From Gammaproteobacteria bacterium (GTDB lineage: Bacteria > Pseudomonadota > Gammaproteobacteria > Eutrophobiales > Eutrophobiaceae), in assembly GCA_965222155.1 (NCBI GenBank), contig CBDCTH010000004.1, positions 288,001 to 352,000 of the forward strand: DNA of 64,000 bases. Reading direction: 5' to 3'. Below, in pieces: positions 62,495 through 64,000 of the stretch; the first letter of the stretch is position 1, and the number at the start of each line of letters is the position of its first letter. The translations under genes were made by a program, and so were the position numbers. A model generated the notes under the pieces. The model searched no databases and had not been told where the DNA came from. It saw only the letters and a list, made by a program, of their open reading frames with translations.

Positions 62495-63142
62495 ATGGAA
62501 AAAACAAAGCGAAAAAATACAACATCCAAACACGGCTTCACACCACAGCAGGAAAGAAGTAAACAAACTGTAGAAAAGATATTAAAAGTTGCTACGAAAC
62601 TATTCATTAAACATGGTGTTGCTGCTGTTAACTTAGGTCAGATTGCACGTGATGCTAATATTCCTACAGCAACAATTTATAGATATTACCCCAATAAAGA
62701 AGAATTGATCGTACACCTAATGAGTGATGATTTGAACATCATGCTTAACAATGCCCAAGAAAAATTGGACAGAGCGAGGAATATAGAAGAATTTAATTCG
62801 GCATTGTTAGTGGTTCTTTGGGACACCTATGAAGAGATACAAGATCATCAATTCTTGCATGGGGCATTCGGAGCATTGCTTTCGGAACGAAGTCAGAAAC
62901 AAAGGTTATATGATGAAAATCAAAATTGGATAAATCTATTCCATATGACTGGGCGTCGATTTGTAGACAATATTTCTGATGAACACTTACGAACAAGGTT
63001 GACGGTTCTTAACGCTATGTGGAATGCTACAGTGAGAGTGGCGTATCTCACCACTAGAAACGAAGGTGATACACTGATGAAAGAAGCAATTTCGATTTTT
63101 TGTCGAGAGCTGGATCTACCCGTCCAAGAATTAAAAGTATAA
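62495..63142 (+). CDS. TetR/AcrR-family regulator
   Basis: PQQERSKQTVEKIL, IARDANIPTATIYRYYPNKEEL. Confidence 0.9.
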   Translation: MEKTKRKNTTSKHGFTPQQERSKQTVEKILKVATKLFIKHGVAAVNLGQIARDANIPTATIYRYYPNKEELIVHLMSDDLNIMLNNAQEKLDRARNIEEFNSALLVVLWDTYEEIQDHQFLHGAFGALLSERSQKQRLYDENQNWINLFHMTGRRFVDNISDEHLRTRLTVLNAMWNATVRVAYLTTRNEGDTLMKEAISIFCRELDLPVQELKV

Positions 63143-63202
63143 TAAGTATTTACAGGTTACAATTTTTCGATGACAAGTGTTGAGAAAAGCACATACGATT
63201 AA

Positions 63203-64000
63203 TTAACTTTTTGATTCTGAACGGATAAAATAGGTAATATACTTTGCATGCGCCACTAAAACAGTAAAAGCAAGGCAGTATGAAAGTGAACCGGCATATA
63301 AGCCGGCGATAGGACTATCAAGCCATTGTACAATTACGCTGCTTGAAAAAGGTGCAATTGTTGCCGCAATCCCACTTGATACGATAATGAAGGATATGTG
63401 TTTATGTGAGGGCAGAGACACAAAATTTAACCCATAGACAACAAAAACATTATAAAGTACGGATACAGCCAAGCCAAACGTCGCCGCGATTAAAATAGTT
63501 ATTGCGTAACTATGAGCGACTGTAAATAGCAGACCGCTCAGAGCCCCTATCAATAATGCCGCGCAAATAAAATACAAAATCCTTACTTTAGCAACAATGT
63601 ATATTCCTGCTATAGATCCAATCAGAGCTGTACTAAAAACAGATGAGATAAGTTTGCCTGATTCTTCTGTCCCCAACGCCAATACATTTTGTGCATATTG
63701 AGGTAACCACAATATTATTGAATATTTACCATGTATAACTAAAAATAAACTAACTCCCGCAATTATAATGCCGCTATTCCATTCTACCTCTCCTTTTGAT
63801 GCTGACTTATCATAGTCAGAGTTTATGTTGGAGAAGCTGGATTGCAATGAAAGATACAGGATAATGACCGCAAAGGCGACGACGGCCAATAAACAGTAAG
63901 CCCATGGAAGTTGACGTAATAAAATATAAGAAGTTACAAACGGGAAAAATACGCCACCCAGGTTATAAGCTGCATCCAATCCGATAAAAAAAGATTCCCT
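63203..64000 (-). CDS. MFS transporter, 3' part (TsgA/FucP-like)
   Basis: Multiple TM helices, WLPQYA; start lies outside the window. Confidence 0.75.
   Translation of the reverse strand, partial: RESFFIGLDAAYNLGGVFFPFVTSYILLRQLPWAYCLLAVVAFAVIILYLSLQSSFSNINSDYDKSASKGEVEWNSGIIIAGVSLFLVIHGKYSIILWLPQYAQNVLALGTEESGKLISSVFSTALIGSIAGIYIVAKVRILYFICAALLIGALSGLLFTVAHSYAITILIAATFGLAVSVLYNVFVVYGLNFVSLPSHKHISFIIVSSGIAATIAPFSSSVIVQWLDSPIAGLYAGSLSYCLAFTVLVAHAKYITYFIRSESKS

Larger units (their letters stand above)
39208..64000. mobile_element. thyA-targeting integrative island; right end not in window
   Basis: Break in thyA, abrupt compositional shift, replacement thyA, recombinase cluster, defence and IS cargo; no thyA 3' half or folA seen. 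Confidence 0.8.

Overview
Gammaproteobacterial-looking chromosome (lgt-thyA synteny, trhO/cmoB, deoCD/nupC). About 1-39.2 kb is GC-rich backbone: an eroding acyl-CoA catabolic operon, ActP-type symporter, tRNA-modification genes, TA modules, attenuated trpE, a nucleoside-scavenging cluster, two DUF3604 paralogs, an RND pump and tRNA-Arg. Its intergenic DNA carries at least six families of palindromic repeats or MITEs, including a 16-unit REP array. At ~39.2 kb host thyA is cut at its conserved FLGV|PFN motif and an AT-richer island begins that runs past the window end. The island carries an intact, divergent replacement thyA directly upstream of three tyrosine-recombinase-family genes and a small coiled-coil gene. 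It also holds a 62-bp-repeat-bounded repA/hsdM/hsdS sub-module, a doubly inactivated ~1512-aa nuclease-STAND (Avs-like) gene, complete IS21 and IS5 elements and a nest of IS fragments. All calls come from reading motifs by eye; no database searches were run.
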